Of a stretch of DNA of 64,000 bases, positions 51,745 to 64,000 are shown in pieces. This stretch comes from Octopus bimaculoides (Eukaryota), in assembly GCF_001194135.2 (NCBI RefSeq), contig NC_068981.1, positions 143,089,116 to 143,153,115 on the forward strand, written 5' to 3'. The translations under genes and the position numbers were made by a program. Position 1 is the first letter of the stretch. Every line of letters starts with the position of its first letter. The notes below the pieces were generated by a model that searched no databases, was not told the origin of the DNA, and worked only from the letters and a program-made list of their open reading frames with translations.

Positions 51745-52682
51745 TGATTATCCCTAAGTCTACATTGGATAATGTAGAATCCAAAACAACAACTGAAAAC
51801 AATGCAGCGAATATTCACTCTGGAAATATTTTCCATCATCATTATACTTGATCACTGAGATAAAGAACAATAGTGGCGAAAAAGACATGTCCTTAATTGA
51901 TATCTTATAAAGAAAGAAAAATAAATGACTGAAACACATTCTTAAACACACGAATAAGATTATCTCCCGCTGATTTCATTCTCAGGCAAGTAGCAATATT
52001 TAAGTCCTTCACATAGTGTTGGTTGATCACTTAGTGAAATTATATTTACTGGGAATGGAGGAAAACCAGCACGCAAGACAAAATCGATCTTAGCTACAAA
52101 AATAAGTTAGTGCGATGTACTTGCTAAGATAATAAGATATTTCTTCCCCAGTCAGAGTTGAATTTAATGCACAGGCGGAATAGATTTAATGGCAGAATTG
52201 TATTTTGTAGAGTGGGCAAATATTTCTTTAAATGTTTTTGAAAATTTAGATATTTGGAAACCCACTATTATCGTAATAATATAATGAGTGTAGTTAACAC
52301 TGAATATTATTGAATATAATAATTATTGTAGTAATAAAATTGAAAATAAAAACAAATTTAACTTTTTCGTTAAGATATTTTTTCCGCTATCTACCTTATG
52401 ATTTCAGTATATTTTGGCTTCTATAATACCGCTACTATCATCTTATTGAAATAGTCATTACTTTTATAGCAAACATCGCAAATAATTGTTAAAATTTTCA
52501 TAAACATAATTTGCGACCTACTTTTATATGCTATTGAAGCAATTTTTTTATCAAAGATTATGTATCTCAGAAATAATTAGGATCGACATCGAAAATTAGC
52601 CTTGAATTAATTTTCGCGTTACTGCATTTATTTCTACATAATTTAGCCTTGCGGCTCTTGGACATCAACTGTAGAAGTTGAG

Positions 52683-53099
52683 TATATTCGTTTCTACTCT
52701 AGGCACAAGGCCCGAAATTATTGGAGAGGGGGCCAGTCGATTAGATAGACATCGGTATGCAACTCGTACTTAATTTATCGATCTCGAAAGGATGAAAGGC
52801 AAAGTCGAGCTCGGCGGAATTTGAACTCAGAACATAAAGGCAAACAAAATAACGTCAAGCATTTCGCCCGGTTGCTAACGTTTGTTATTTCTTTATTGCC
52901 CACAAGGGGCTAAATATAGAGGTGACAAACAAGGACAGACAAAGGGATTAAGTCAATTACATCGACCCCAGTGCATAACTGATTCTTAATTTATTGACTC
53001 CGAAAGGATGAAAGGCGGAATTAGAACTCAGAATGTCACGGCAGACGAAATACTGCTAAGCATTTCGCCCAGCGTGTTAACGTTTCTACCAGCTCGCCG
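52683..53099 (-). mobile_element. SINE family A, head-to-tail dimer
   Basis: Monomer plus extension joined to a second monomer at AATAAAGAAATAACAAACGTTAGC (52874-52897); ends with tail GGCCTTGTGCCTAGAGTAGAAA. Confidence 0.85.
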
Positions 53100-54169
53100 T
53101 CTTAGAATTTGGGTGTATTGAATGTTAACTCATTTAAGCTGGAATATGTGAGTGAGCGGATGATTGTCTCAGAAAGTGAAGTGGGTTACTTCAATTTGGT
53201 GATAAATAAATTAGTTGCAAGAGGCAAATTTTACAAGAAACAACTTTTCAGCTGCAAATCCTGATTGTTGCAGAGCAATCTGATGCTGCCCAGTGTTTGT
53301 TGTAAAATAGCATAACTCATTGGAATACGGACTGAAAGAAGACTGATACTAAATTTGGCTACCCTCATTTTTGCCGTTTAGAACTTTATCACATATAAGT
53401 ATCTGATCTGATGTAAACATATATTCTTCAGTATTTTTCACTTCTTTTAAAATATGAATTTCAGATCCTTTTCGCCAGTGTTTCTATCAAATTCATTCGA
53501 ATAAGGAGGTTGGTATGTGGTAAGTTTTAGACCAAACAAAAAAAAAAAAAGAAAAACTTGCCTCGAGATTGTGTATTCTGCAGATAATTATAGATAGTAA
53601 AAAGCAATGATCTTCTTACCAACAATTTTATATCCTATTGTGTAATGTTCACTGAACTATAGTTTTCTTTTAAGTGTAGGCCTAAAAGAAAATACTTGGT
53701 ATGTGATTTGACAGGTTCTCGCATCCCTCTGTCTACGTGTGATTGTGGTTCGCTAAAGTGTACCCTCGAATTATGCCGAGAACGCATGGGAAGACACTAC
53801 AAAGATGGCATACGTATTACCGTGGAATTTGGTGAACATTCATTTTAGAAGGTTTTGAAGAGAAGCTTAACATACTTGGTGAATGTGTGTTAATTTGTAT
53901 TATCAGAAATCTGCAAATCATGTGTCCCCAGATATGTTATTTAGATCAGCTGGACATCACTGAGATCTGAGGTGAACTCAAGTCCATCTCCTAATCACAA
54001 TGTCAATAAGTTATTATTGTTTTCGAATATTTCCCTACTGTAAAGTGTAGATTCGGACTAATAGTTCTTTAAAATTATCTGCTGTTACTTTGAAATAGCA
54101 TTAAATTTGCCGGCTTTAAATCGGTGGCTTTGAGACAGTGTCACACATGTAATATTTTCTCTCCACTAA

Positions 54170-54865
54170 GGTGGCGCGCTATCAGAAACGTTAGCACCCC
54201 GAGGTCGATTTTGTTCAAATTCCGCCGAGGTCGACTTTGCCCTTCATCCTTTCGGGGTTGATTAAATAAGTACCATTTACGCACTGGGGTCGATATAATC
54301 AACTTAATCCATTTGTCTGTCCTTGCTTGTCCCCTCTGTATATAGCCCCTTATGGGCAATAAAGAAATAAGAAACGTTAGCACGTCGGGCGAAATGCGTT
54401 ATTTCGTCTGTCTTTATGTTCTGAGTTNNNNNNNNNNNNNNNNNNNNNNNNNNNNNNNNNNNNNNNNNNNNNNNNNNNNNNNNNNNNNNNNNNNNNNNNN
54501 NNNNNNNNNNNNNNNNNNNNNNNNNNNNNNNNNNNNNNNNNNNNNNGGTCGATAAATTAAGTACCAGTTATGCACTGAGGTCGATGTAATTGACTGAATC
54601 CCTTTGTCTGTCCTTCTTTGTCCCCTCTATGTTTAGACCCTCGTGGGCAATAAAGAAATAAGAAACGTTAGACCGCTGGGTGAAATGCTTAGCTGTATTT
54701 CGTCTTCCTCTACATTCTGAGATCAAATTCCACCGATGTCGACTTTGCCTTTCATCCTTTCGTGGTCGATATATTAAGTACCAGTTGCGTACTGGGGTCG
54801 ATCTAATCGATTTTCCCCCCTCCCCCAAAATTTCGGGTCTTGTGCCTAGAGAAGAAAAGTATATT
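54170..54865 (+). mobile_element. SINE family A, head-to-tail multimer (three apparent units, one spanning an N gap)
   Basis: Junction AATAAAGAAATAAGAAACGTTAG at 54358 and 54649; final tail GGGTCTTGTGCCTAGAGAAGAAAAG. Confidence 0.8.
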
Positions 54866-54971
54866 TTTTCTCCACTTAATTACTTAATTTTCACTTCACT
54901 TCGAGCTGAAGTGCATCACGCTCAATGTAGTTTTACATATCTTATTTCTAGCGTTGAGTTTTGAATCTGAA

Positions 54972-55160
54972 AGCGGTGAGCTGGCAAGATCCGTGGCACA
55001 CGAAGTCAAATGCTGAGCGGCATGCCGTCCGTCTTTACGTTTTGAGACGAAATTCCATCAGTGGCCGATGACATTCATCATCTCAGGGTCGGTATAATAT
55101 GTACCTGTGCTTAACTGTGGTCGATGTAATCGACTTAAATCCTCCCCTGAACCTGCTGAA
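54972..55160 (+). mobile_element. SINE family A, old copy
   Basis: GCGGTGAGCTGGCAAG head; GGTCGATGTAATCGACTT. Confidence 0.65.
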
Positions 55161-55632
55161 ATCAATATAAAGTTGTTGCTTCTGACTATTACATTTCACT
55201 CTCTTCCACATAGTAATGCCCACGTTATCATTTTAGCGTTTGAAAACGGATTCTTTTCGAATAAAACACTATCACTTAATCAATTCAATGGACATTCCAG
55301 TTAGACATTTCATCTTCAAATTTCTTCCTGTAAGAAGACAAATCTAGTTGTTTACAGTTCGGCACACTATAGACATTTTTCGTTTGTGTATAATGTTTTG
55401 AACTGTTCATACATACATACATACATACATACATACATACATACATACATACATACATACATACATACATACTTATATATATTTGTGTATGTGTGTGTTT
55501 GCGTATGCATGTTTGTATGTGTGTGAGTGTATGTGTGTTTGCGTATGCATGTTTGTATGTGTGTGAGTGTATGTGTGTGCATTCGTTTGAGTGTATGATT
55601 GTGTGTGTGTATGTGTGAGTGTGTGTGTATCT

Positions 55633-56603
55633 NNNNNNNNNNNNNNNNNNNNNNNNNNNNNNNNNNNNNNNNNNNNNNNNNNNNNNNNNNNNNNNNNNNN
55701 NNNNNNNNNNNNNNNNNNNNNNNNNNNNNNNNNNNNNNNNNNNNNNNNNNNNNNNNNNNNNNNNNNNNNNNNNNNNNNNNNNNNNNNNNNNNNNNNNNNN
55801 NNNNNNNNNNNNNNNNNNNNNNNNNNNNNNNNNNNNNNNNNNNNNNNNNNNNNNNNNNNNNNNNNNNNNNNNNNNNNNNNNNNNNNNNNNNNNNNNNNNN
55901 NNNNNNNNNNNNNNNNNNNNNNNNNNNNNNNNNNNNNNNNNNNNNNNNNNNNNNNNNNNNNNNNNNNNNNNNNNNNNNNNNNNNNNNNNNNNNNNNNNNN
56001 NNNNNNNNNNNNNNNNNNNNNNNNNNNNNNNNNNNNNNNNNNNNNNNNNNNNNNNNNNNNNNNNNNNNNNNNNNNNNNNNNNNNNNNNNNNNNNNNNNNN
56101 NNNNNNNNNNNNNNNNNNNNNNNNNNNNNNNNNNNNNNNNNNNNNNNNNNNNNNNNNNNNNNNNNNNNNNNNNNNNNNNNNNNNNNNNNNNNNNNNNNNN
56201 NNNNNNNNNNNNNNNNNNNNNNNNNNNNNNNNNNNNNNNNNNNNNNNNNNNNNNNNNNNNNNNNNNNNNNNNNNNNNNNNNNNNNNNNNNNNNNNNNNNN
56301 NNNNNNNNNNNNNNNNNNNNNNNNNNNNNNNNNNNNNNNNNNNNNNNNNNNNNNNNNNNNNNNNNNNNNNNNNNNNNNNNNNNNNNNNNNNNNNNNNNNN
56401 NNNNNNNNNNNNNNNNNNNNNNNNNNNNNNNNNNNNNNNNNNNNNNNNNNNNNNNNNNNNNNNNNNNNNNNNNNNNNNNNNNNNNNNNNNNNNNNNNNNN
56501 NNNNNNNNNNNNNNNNNNNNNNNNNNNNNNNNNNNNNNNNNNNNNNNNNNNNNNNNNNNNNNNNNNNNNNNNNNNNNNNNNNNNNNNNNNNNNNNNNNNN
56601 NNN
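55633..56603. other. Largest assembly gap (N run)
   Basis: Other gaps at about 1441, 10342, 16322, 17265, 32700, 34932, 39141, 42043, 46753, 50113, 51306, 54428 and 57924. The long X-containing ORFs in the track are artefacts of these gaps. Confidence 0.99.
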
Positions 56604-56609
56604 ATATAC

Positions 56610-56644
<35 letters not shown>

Positions 56645-57097
56645 TGTATGTATGCATTTTTATTTGTAGCTGCATTGTTATGTTCAGAATCTCTCTCGTA
56701 TATACAGTAGCGCACCCTCTTTTTTTAGTGTCAATTTCAAGATTACGATGTTAGTTTACTGCAGCTTGATAATGCTCAATGGGGTAAGTTTAACGATTTA
56801 ACGAGCAAACTCATGCCAGTTACACGAACAAAGTTTCATGCATAATTTATTTATATTTTCCTCTTACTAGTAGAACAAGTAGAATGAAAATATCTAGATT
56901 ACATATATAATGGCCCTGCAATATATGCTACACTGGCAACAATTTTATAGCCACTTGCACAGCAAGAAAGGAAATAGGCAAATACATGTATAAACACATA
57001 CGCGTGCTCACACAAACACACACAGGTTTTTATGTCAGTATATATATATGTGTGTGTTTGTGCGTGTGTTTATATATATAGATATATGTGCATGTAT

Positions 57098-57142
<45 letters not shown>

Positions 57143-57347
57143 TAGACAATGATAAATAATTTTAACCATTATCGATAGCGTTTATATGGAGGTTAAATAA
57201 GTTAGTATATTTTGTTATTTTATTCTTCTTTCTCTTACCGTTTATTTTATTCCGGTTTTTGTTCTTCGAAACATTATTCTCGTATCTCATTTTAAATTTA
57301 ATCATTGCAATTTATTTATCTATTCATTTATTTATTTACTACTACTA

Positions 57348-57400
<53 letters not shown>

Positions 57401-57832
57401 ATTATTTTGAATATTTATTATCGCTATTATTATTATAATTTCTATTTTTTTTTTATTGTGATTATTATTATCACATTTACAAGATTGTATTTCTCTTGTT
57501 TATATCAATCAGGCAATGATGTCGTTGTATTGACTCCCTGCAGCCTAGGCAAAAAATGAAAAAAACTAAATAAATAAATAAATACATAAATAAATAAAAT
57601 GAAATAAAATCACGGTCGATGAAATTTTGATTTCAAATCTTACTGCGGTCAGTTTTGCTTGGTACCGCCTTGCGCCTTGTAGCATAAAACATCTGTCAAA
57701 TACAACTGTCGATTCTATTGCCTGTTAACTATTCATCACTTTGGAGGCCTCTTTGTTAAAATACAAATACAAATATATCCGTTCATACATGCTTACATAA
57801 AGACCCACCCACACATACACACGCGCACACAC

Positions 57833-57881
<49 letters not shown>

Positions 57882-57884
57882 TGA

Positions 57885-57916
<32 letters not shown>

Positions 57917-58189
57917 GTATATANNNNNNNNNNNNNNNNNNNNNNNNNNNNNNNNNNNNNNNNNNNNNNNNNNNNNNNNNNNNNNNNNNNNNNNNNNNNN
58001 NNNNNNNNNNNNNNNNNNNNNNNNNNNNNNNNNNNNNNNNNNNNNNNNNNNNNNNNNNNNNNNNNNNNNNNNNNNNNNNNNNNNNNNNNNNNNNNNNNNN
58101 NNNNNNNNNNNNNNNNNNNNNNNNNNNNNNNNNNNNNNNNNNNNNNNNNNNNNNNNNNNNNNNNNNNNNTATATATATATATATATAGA

Positions 58190-58224
<35 letters not shown>

Positions 58225-58530
58225 GAGACAGAGACAGAGACAGAGAGACAGAGAGACAGAAAGAGAGAGACAAAGGAACATACACACAGAGAAGGGATAC
58301 GGACAAATATTACTTGACAGTAAATTAAAACCGTCTTCCAAGTTTTACTTATGTTTAACCACTGAATGAATGTAATTAAAGTATCTAAATATGAAACATC
58401 GTAAAAATTGACCAAACTGAAGTCCTTCTTGAGCATATTTTTCCATTCGTGTCAATACAGAATTACAGATAGTATTTATGTCATATTGACTTACCGTCGG
58501 GTAACTTTTGGCGAACACTGTATATATATA

Positions 58531-58725
58531 CATACATACATGGTGGTTGTCTACTCCTTAAACAGAGTTTGACCACCTCCTGCACCTACACCTTAGCCCT
58601 TTCATGGCGTCTGATGTAAGGCTTTTTAAACCAGACAGTGTTTTGAAAAAACACCCACACAGATTGCACCTCTGATTTGCACTACCAATACCTGCAAGTA
58701 AGTTCTGCTCATTGTGGATCCTAAC
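58531..58725 (-). mobile_element. 3' end fragment of another RTE-like LINE
   Basis: CNLCGCFFKTLSGLKS (C2H2-like terminal finger) followed by CAACCACCA(TGTA)n tail. Confidence 0.55.
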
Positions 58726-58729
58726 ATGC

Positions 58730-58775
<46 letters not shown>

Positions 58776-59199
58776 TAAACATTATAGAATTAACAGGTAA
58801 CATCCTAAACATTATGAAGAAAACCTCTCCCTCTGCATGCGCAAGTAATATTTTACATTCAAATATTTCAAAGAAAGGATTGCTCCTTTCCTAAACGTAA
58901 ACACACATAGCACACAAACTCGACATTAAAAAGAAATATTCCCCAATGACGAACTAGATATGTAAGCAAGTATGAGAACATCTGGCCCAGAACAAAAACA
59001 AAATGATGCATTGAAATTAACGACGCAAATTTGCCCAAAAGACAAATACAAGGGAGACAAACATCCAAATCATGCCACCCAAGCGTAACGTCTGTTGTTT
59101 CATTGATTCGTTGTTTTATTGACGTGGATTTACAAGAACCCACGTGAACTAAATGACGGGGACAAGTGTATGAACAACAAGCAAGTACTGTTTGACGCT

Positions 59200-60185
59200 C
59201 GAGAAAATGAAAGTATATTTTACGCTTCAAGTCTACGCTCTTTAACAGAGAAGAATAAGAGAAAATAAACACAGAGAGTGAATGAAAAAATAAACAGAGA
59301 ATGACCAAACATTGTGCATGTGTATGATGTATACATATGAGTGAAAGTTATCTTTGTCTATGTAGGTTGTGTGTGTTAATGCGTGTTGCGTGTGTATGTA
59401 TATATAGCCTGTGTTCAAGTAGTATGTGCTTGTGTGGGTGTGGTACTATATATTGTCTGTGTTCAGGTATTATGTGCTTATGTGGGTGTGGGAGTATGCA
59501 AGATGGTGTCTAGTCTGAGGTAAACAGTGTGTGTGGCTTCTCATATGGTATGTGTGGTGACGCTATTAAACATTGTGTGTGGGTATGTGAATGTGGATGT
59601 AGTGTGGGTGCTGGGAAGTGGTCAGCGCTAGTGTGTGTGTGGAGTGGTGTGAGGTGGTATGAAATGAAGAGAGTAGTTAAGATTGGTTTCAGATGAAGAG
59701 AGGAGATGAGTTGAACACCTGTGGTGCAAAGGAGTGAAGAGAGAGGCAGGGCGGGAGTCCGGATGACCCCTGTGCAAAGACAGTCCAAACACAGACAGAT
59801 ATTATAGCGGATGACCGGTAGAGCGGGTGTCATTGCCGAGTCTGATGGCTCGGAGGTGCTCTGCGAACCGGCCTAACAGTGTCCTGTTTGACCGATGTAC
59901 AGGGAAGAACGGAGAGACCAGGTGATGCAGTAAATGACGTTACTAGAAATGCAAGTAAAGGAGAAATGCAAGTAAAGGATCCACAAATCGTGCCCTGGAA
60001 AGGTCAGTGTGGATAGTGGTGAGGGGATATCCACGTTGGATGAAGTGGTGAGTTGATACTGAGTTGATACTGAGTCTCAAAGTCGTGGTTATCACTGCAG
60101 AGCCTGCGTAAACGAAAGAATTGGGAGTAGGGGACAGAGAGCTTACTGTGGGTAGGGTGGGAGAAGGAGTAAACCACGTCAGTTA
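59200..60185 (-). mobile_element. Third PLE family fragment (thumb, GIY-YIG and probable 3' pseudo-LTR)
   Basis: SHPTHSKLSVPYSQFFRLRRLCSD; HFIQRGYP; FTCISSNVIYCIT..SLYIGQTG; RFAEHLRAIR. The left boundary is uncertain. Confidence 0.8.
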
Positions 60186-60429
60186 GAACCTCTGTTCAAT
60201 TCGAACATTTTCCATTAAATTTGGAAGAATTCCACATTTAAACTTCTCAACAATGACCATCCATATTGGGTGGCGCTCCACTTTTTATTTTGTTTTAGAG
60301 CATTGTAAACATCTTCAAGAGAAGAGATTTCTAACGTATAATCTTTTGTAGGCGTACAAGGAATGAAACAAACACATTCGTCATAAACTTCAGGAAAAGT
60401 TCTCTTGTCTCATGAAAAGAATATCCTCA

Positions 60430-60625
60430 GAATCTCTGTACAATTCTGAGTCGTACAGTGTACGTAGAAGACCTACATGAGAGGATAATGGCCAATAAAA
60501 ATACCTGCAAAAAATTATGCAGAGGATTTTTATTTCTAGAATCAAATGCAAATTGGGTCTGACCTATTTTATTCCTCCACCAAGCATCCTCTATCTCACG
60601 AAGACTATGCCGTAACACTTTTGGT
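60430..60625 (-). mobile_element. RTE LINE fragment (linker between endonuclease and RT)
   Basis: LREIEDAWWRNKIGQTQFAFDSRN resembles the RTE WW..KA.EIQ...D..N motif. Confidence 0.5.
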
Positions 60626-61206
60626 TTCCCTTTAAGGACCCTCTCTCAAGAACTACATTGATTTAATAGTATCTGGATTTTATCATTTTCAACATTTATT
60701 GTTATAGTCACACCATTAGCTCTTACTTTCGCTTTTATAACAAGACTCAGTTTACGACAAGACAATGATGCTTCTAGCATTCAGCACCTTTCGTAATGTA
60801 GATTCTCTACTTTTCACGAACTTCACACCTACACACAAGGACGTAATTAATTATATATATCTGCTTCGAGCCTGGATGAATCTAGGTCCTTTTGCACTCA
60901 GCTTTCTGTTGGAACATGGTATTCACTATACATTGGTGCAGCCGTAATGTTACCTTAGTACAGCATTTCCATACTTCCTGTTATCTAAATCCCATCACAG
61001 ATTTGGGAATTTTTGCAACTATAGCAGTGACGTCACTAAGTATGACAAAATCATCAGCACAACGAATCTTTCAGTAAGTTTCGTTAAAAAAGTGTAAGAT
61101 GATAGATTTTCATCTTCAGAGGAACACTTTATTGGATCGTTCATACACATTCATTAATGTTACAGATCCCTGGTTGACAATGGCAACCTCATTGATATCA
61201 GACAAT

Positions 61207-61592
61207 CAGTTGTTGTTGTTGTTGGCACTCCGTCGCTTACGACGTCGAGGGTTCCAGTTGATCCGATCAACGGAACAGCCTGTTCGTGAAATTAACTTGC
61301 AAGTGGCTGAGCACTCCACAGACACGTGTACCCATAACGTAGTTCTCGGGGATATTCAGCGTGACACAGTGTGATAAGGCTGGCCCTTTGAATTACAGGT
61401 ACAACAGAGACAGGAAGTAAGAAAAAGTTGTGGTGAAAGAGTACAGCAGAGTTCGCCACCATCCCCTGCCGGAGCCTCGTGGAGCTTTAGGTGTTTTCGC
61501 TCAATAAACACTCACAACGCCCGATCTGGGAATCGAAACCGCGATCCTATGACCGCGAGTCCGCTGCGCTAACCACTGGGCCATTTCACCTT
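61207..61592 (-). mobile_element. tRNA-derived SINE family C with (AAC)n tail
   Basis: Minus-strand head TGGCCCAGTGGTTAGCGCAGCGGACTCGCGGTCATAGGATCGCGGTTTCGATTCCC (A and B boxes); (GTT)n at 61207-61223. Confidence 0.8.
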
Positions 61593-63248
61593 CACCAGGC
61601 AATCAGTAACTCAACATAGAAGATTTCGGACTAGAAACTTAAATATTTTAGGAAACATGCTACATCAGATACCCGCTTGTCCACTTTGTTCTTCAATTCG
61701 AGGAAAGGATTATTCTATTCAGAAAGACATGCTTCAGCTGCAACTCTTTTGCGACCAAGCACTGATCACATTTTGGGACGTTTGTACGGGATTGATATTC
61801 TCATGGATATGTTAAAAATCAAATGATGTCCGAACTTGAATCTTTTTAGATCGATTCTTTACAAAGATCAATCTCACACTACAAAGAACGTATTGATTAG
61901 CCGTAAACGGACAACAAATCTACAGCATCGGATGCAAATGAAGTCACATGAGCTGCATCAGACTTTCCATTTTTTCTAGAGGGATACACATATGCATATA
62001 TGCATATATATAAATACACATGCACATACAGACACATAGCTATATATATATACATATATATATACATACACACACATGCACATATTCATATCTAATGATA
62101 TAGATAGATAGATAGATAGATAGATTGATAGATAGATAGATAGACGAATGGATGGATGGATGGATGGATGGATGGAGAATGAGAAAATAACATGGACCTC
62201 ATAGATGATCTGGAATAATTGACTTATAACTATGTGAGAACTTAATTAATGTTTATCGACATTTGTGATAATATAATTTCCCTATCATGTGTATATTTAC
62301 AGAATAATATCCGAGTTGTCAGAATTGATACAGAAATCGATTATTCGATTTTATTAAATGCCTTTTATTACATATATTCGGTCTTTGCCTATTAATAATT
62401 GATTAAAATTGATATTACATTGATGTCAAATATTTCCATAAAAGGGATATTAAAAGCATGTGTGGGGTACTTAAGATACAGCTCTGTTACACGTCCGTCT
62501 AAAACTAAGTATTTTTGTCAAAGTTCATAGCATTCTCTCTCGCTTTATCTCACTGAGAAAACTATATATTTCTTAACGTGTGATTCCGTTGAATTTCTAT
62601 TATCGGGAGTCAGTCAAAGTTTTTCTCTGTGAAATCAATGATTTTACTGTTTTTACTGAGAGATTTACAAGTAAGTTGTACAATTTTATTATCAATTTAG
62701 ACTCTAGATCGGCCCTGAACGAGTTTTACATGGATTAACAACATTCTAACTATAAATATTCTATCATTTTCAGATACAATCTACCAAAAGTTAGATCATC
62801 AACGATTTTTAGTGTGAGATGTGATGAGAAAGGGGGTTTGACTTCTACTTCTAGCAGTTTATGAAGACACGACATGTTTTTCTCATAGCTCAGCAAACAT
62901 TCTAGTGTTTTTTTGGCAGTGGATGGATGATAAACTATTGATGACCTTTTATGTAGGTTCTCATCCTGTGTGCCACGTATCTTTGTCTTTGCCCCTTAAA
63001 CAATAAACTGAAAAGATAGAATCTTTCTTTTTCCGCCAAACTGAATTTCATTCTACACATTCGACAAACAGAAACATAACGATAGTTTAGCAACTTCACA
63101 CATAGTCGCGCGCAAGGCAGTCAGAAGGTTGGATAATACTTTATTAATGGTTTCGTCTGTTCAATCGAAACCTACAAGATATGAAAAGTTGGATTGAAAG
63201 AATGAAAGTATTAATAAAGTAATATCCAAAATTCTGACTACCTCCTTC

Positions 63249-63294
<46 letters not shown>

Positions 63295-63296
<2 letters not shown>

Positions 63297-64000
63297 GGTG
63301 TTGCACAAAATAATGGAAACACCTTGAAATTTCAAAGAAATATGTTCTAATATGGGGTAGGACCGCCTTTGACAGTAATTTCAGCTTGAATTCTATGAGG
63401 TATGGAATCGTACAAAGTTGGAATTGTTTCCAAAGGAATTTTTCTCCATTCTTCAGCTAAACAGTTTGCAGTTCTTGTATTGATCATGGTGGAGGATATC
63501 GACTCTTTAAATATTTTTCTAAAATGCACCATAAACGTTCAATAATATTGAGATTTAGGGACTGTGGTGGCCAGATAAGATGTGAACTTCCTTAGAATGT
63601 TCCTCATGCCATTCGGTAACATATTTAGTTGTGTGAATTGGTGCATTAACATTCGGAAAGATTGCGTTTTCCCCTGGAGACAGTTCCGCAAACATAGCAT
63701 GAATGTGATCAGATAAAATGCTTAAATAGTCTTGATTATTGATTCTGCCATGAAGAGAAACCATTGAGCCGGCGGATTTCCAAGATATAGCCCCCTGGAT
63801 CATCACTGATCCTCCTCCATGTTTAACAGTTGGAAGAAAGCAGTCTCGGTCAAATGCTTCTTTTGGCTGTCTCCACACGTATACTCGGCCGGTGGTCGGA
63901 AATAAGGTAAAGGATCACTCGTCCGAGAAAACATTCTTCCACTGCTCTAGGGACCAATTCAGTAGGTTTTTACTCCACTCTAAACGCTTTGCAACGTTTG
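63295..64000 (-). mobile_element. Tc1-like DNA transposon, 3' portion (decayed DDE transposase), runs off the window
   Basis: PTVKHGGGSVMIQGAIS; NAPIHT; SP-DLNIIERLW; DSIPHRIQAEITVKGGPTPY. Terminus CAGGTGTTGCACAAAATAATGGAAACACC next to TA at 63293-63294. Confidence 0.92.

Noticed and set aside
62671-62773. Apparent 103-bp GTAAGT...TTTCAG intron
   Set aside because: The joined frame is short, bounded by stops and unrecognisable; such sites occur by chance in AT-rich DNA.

Overview
AT-rich, microsatellite-dense eukaryotic non-coding DNA from a gapped assembly, with about 15 N-gaps that are mostly bordered by simple repeats. The SINE families resemble those I recall from coleoid cephalopods (Octopus); this is inference and was not checked against a database. 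I found no host gene I can support. The window is a set of nested, decayed transposons: at least three Penelope-like element (PLE) families, a near full-length RTE LINE, R4- and Tx1-clade LINE fragments, a Chapaev3-type and a Tc1 DNA transposon, a MITE and several tRNA-derived SINE families. The most interesting signal is one PLE family (22504-25655, plus a TSD-flanked 593-bp derivative at 13641-14233 and a solo fragment at 32880-33007). Its pseudo-LTR carries a tRNA-derived A/B-box segment, an (AAT)n run and then a minimal hammerhead ribozyme. Its sense strand is almost free of T4 runs, which suggests a Pol III-driven, ribozyme-processed retroelement. All alignments, counts and folds were done by eye.
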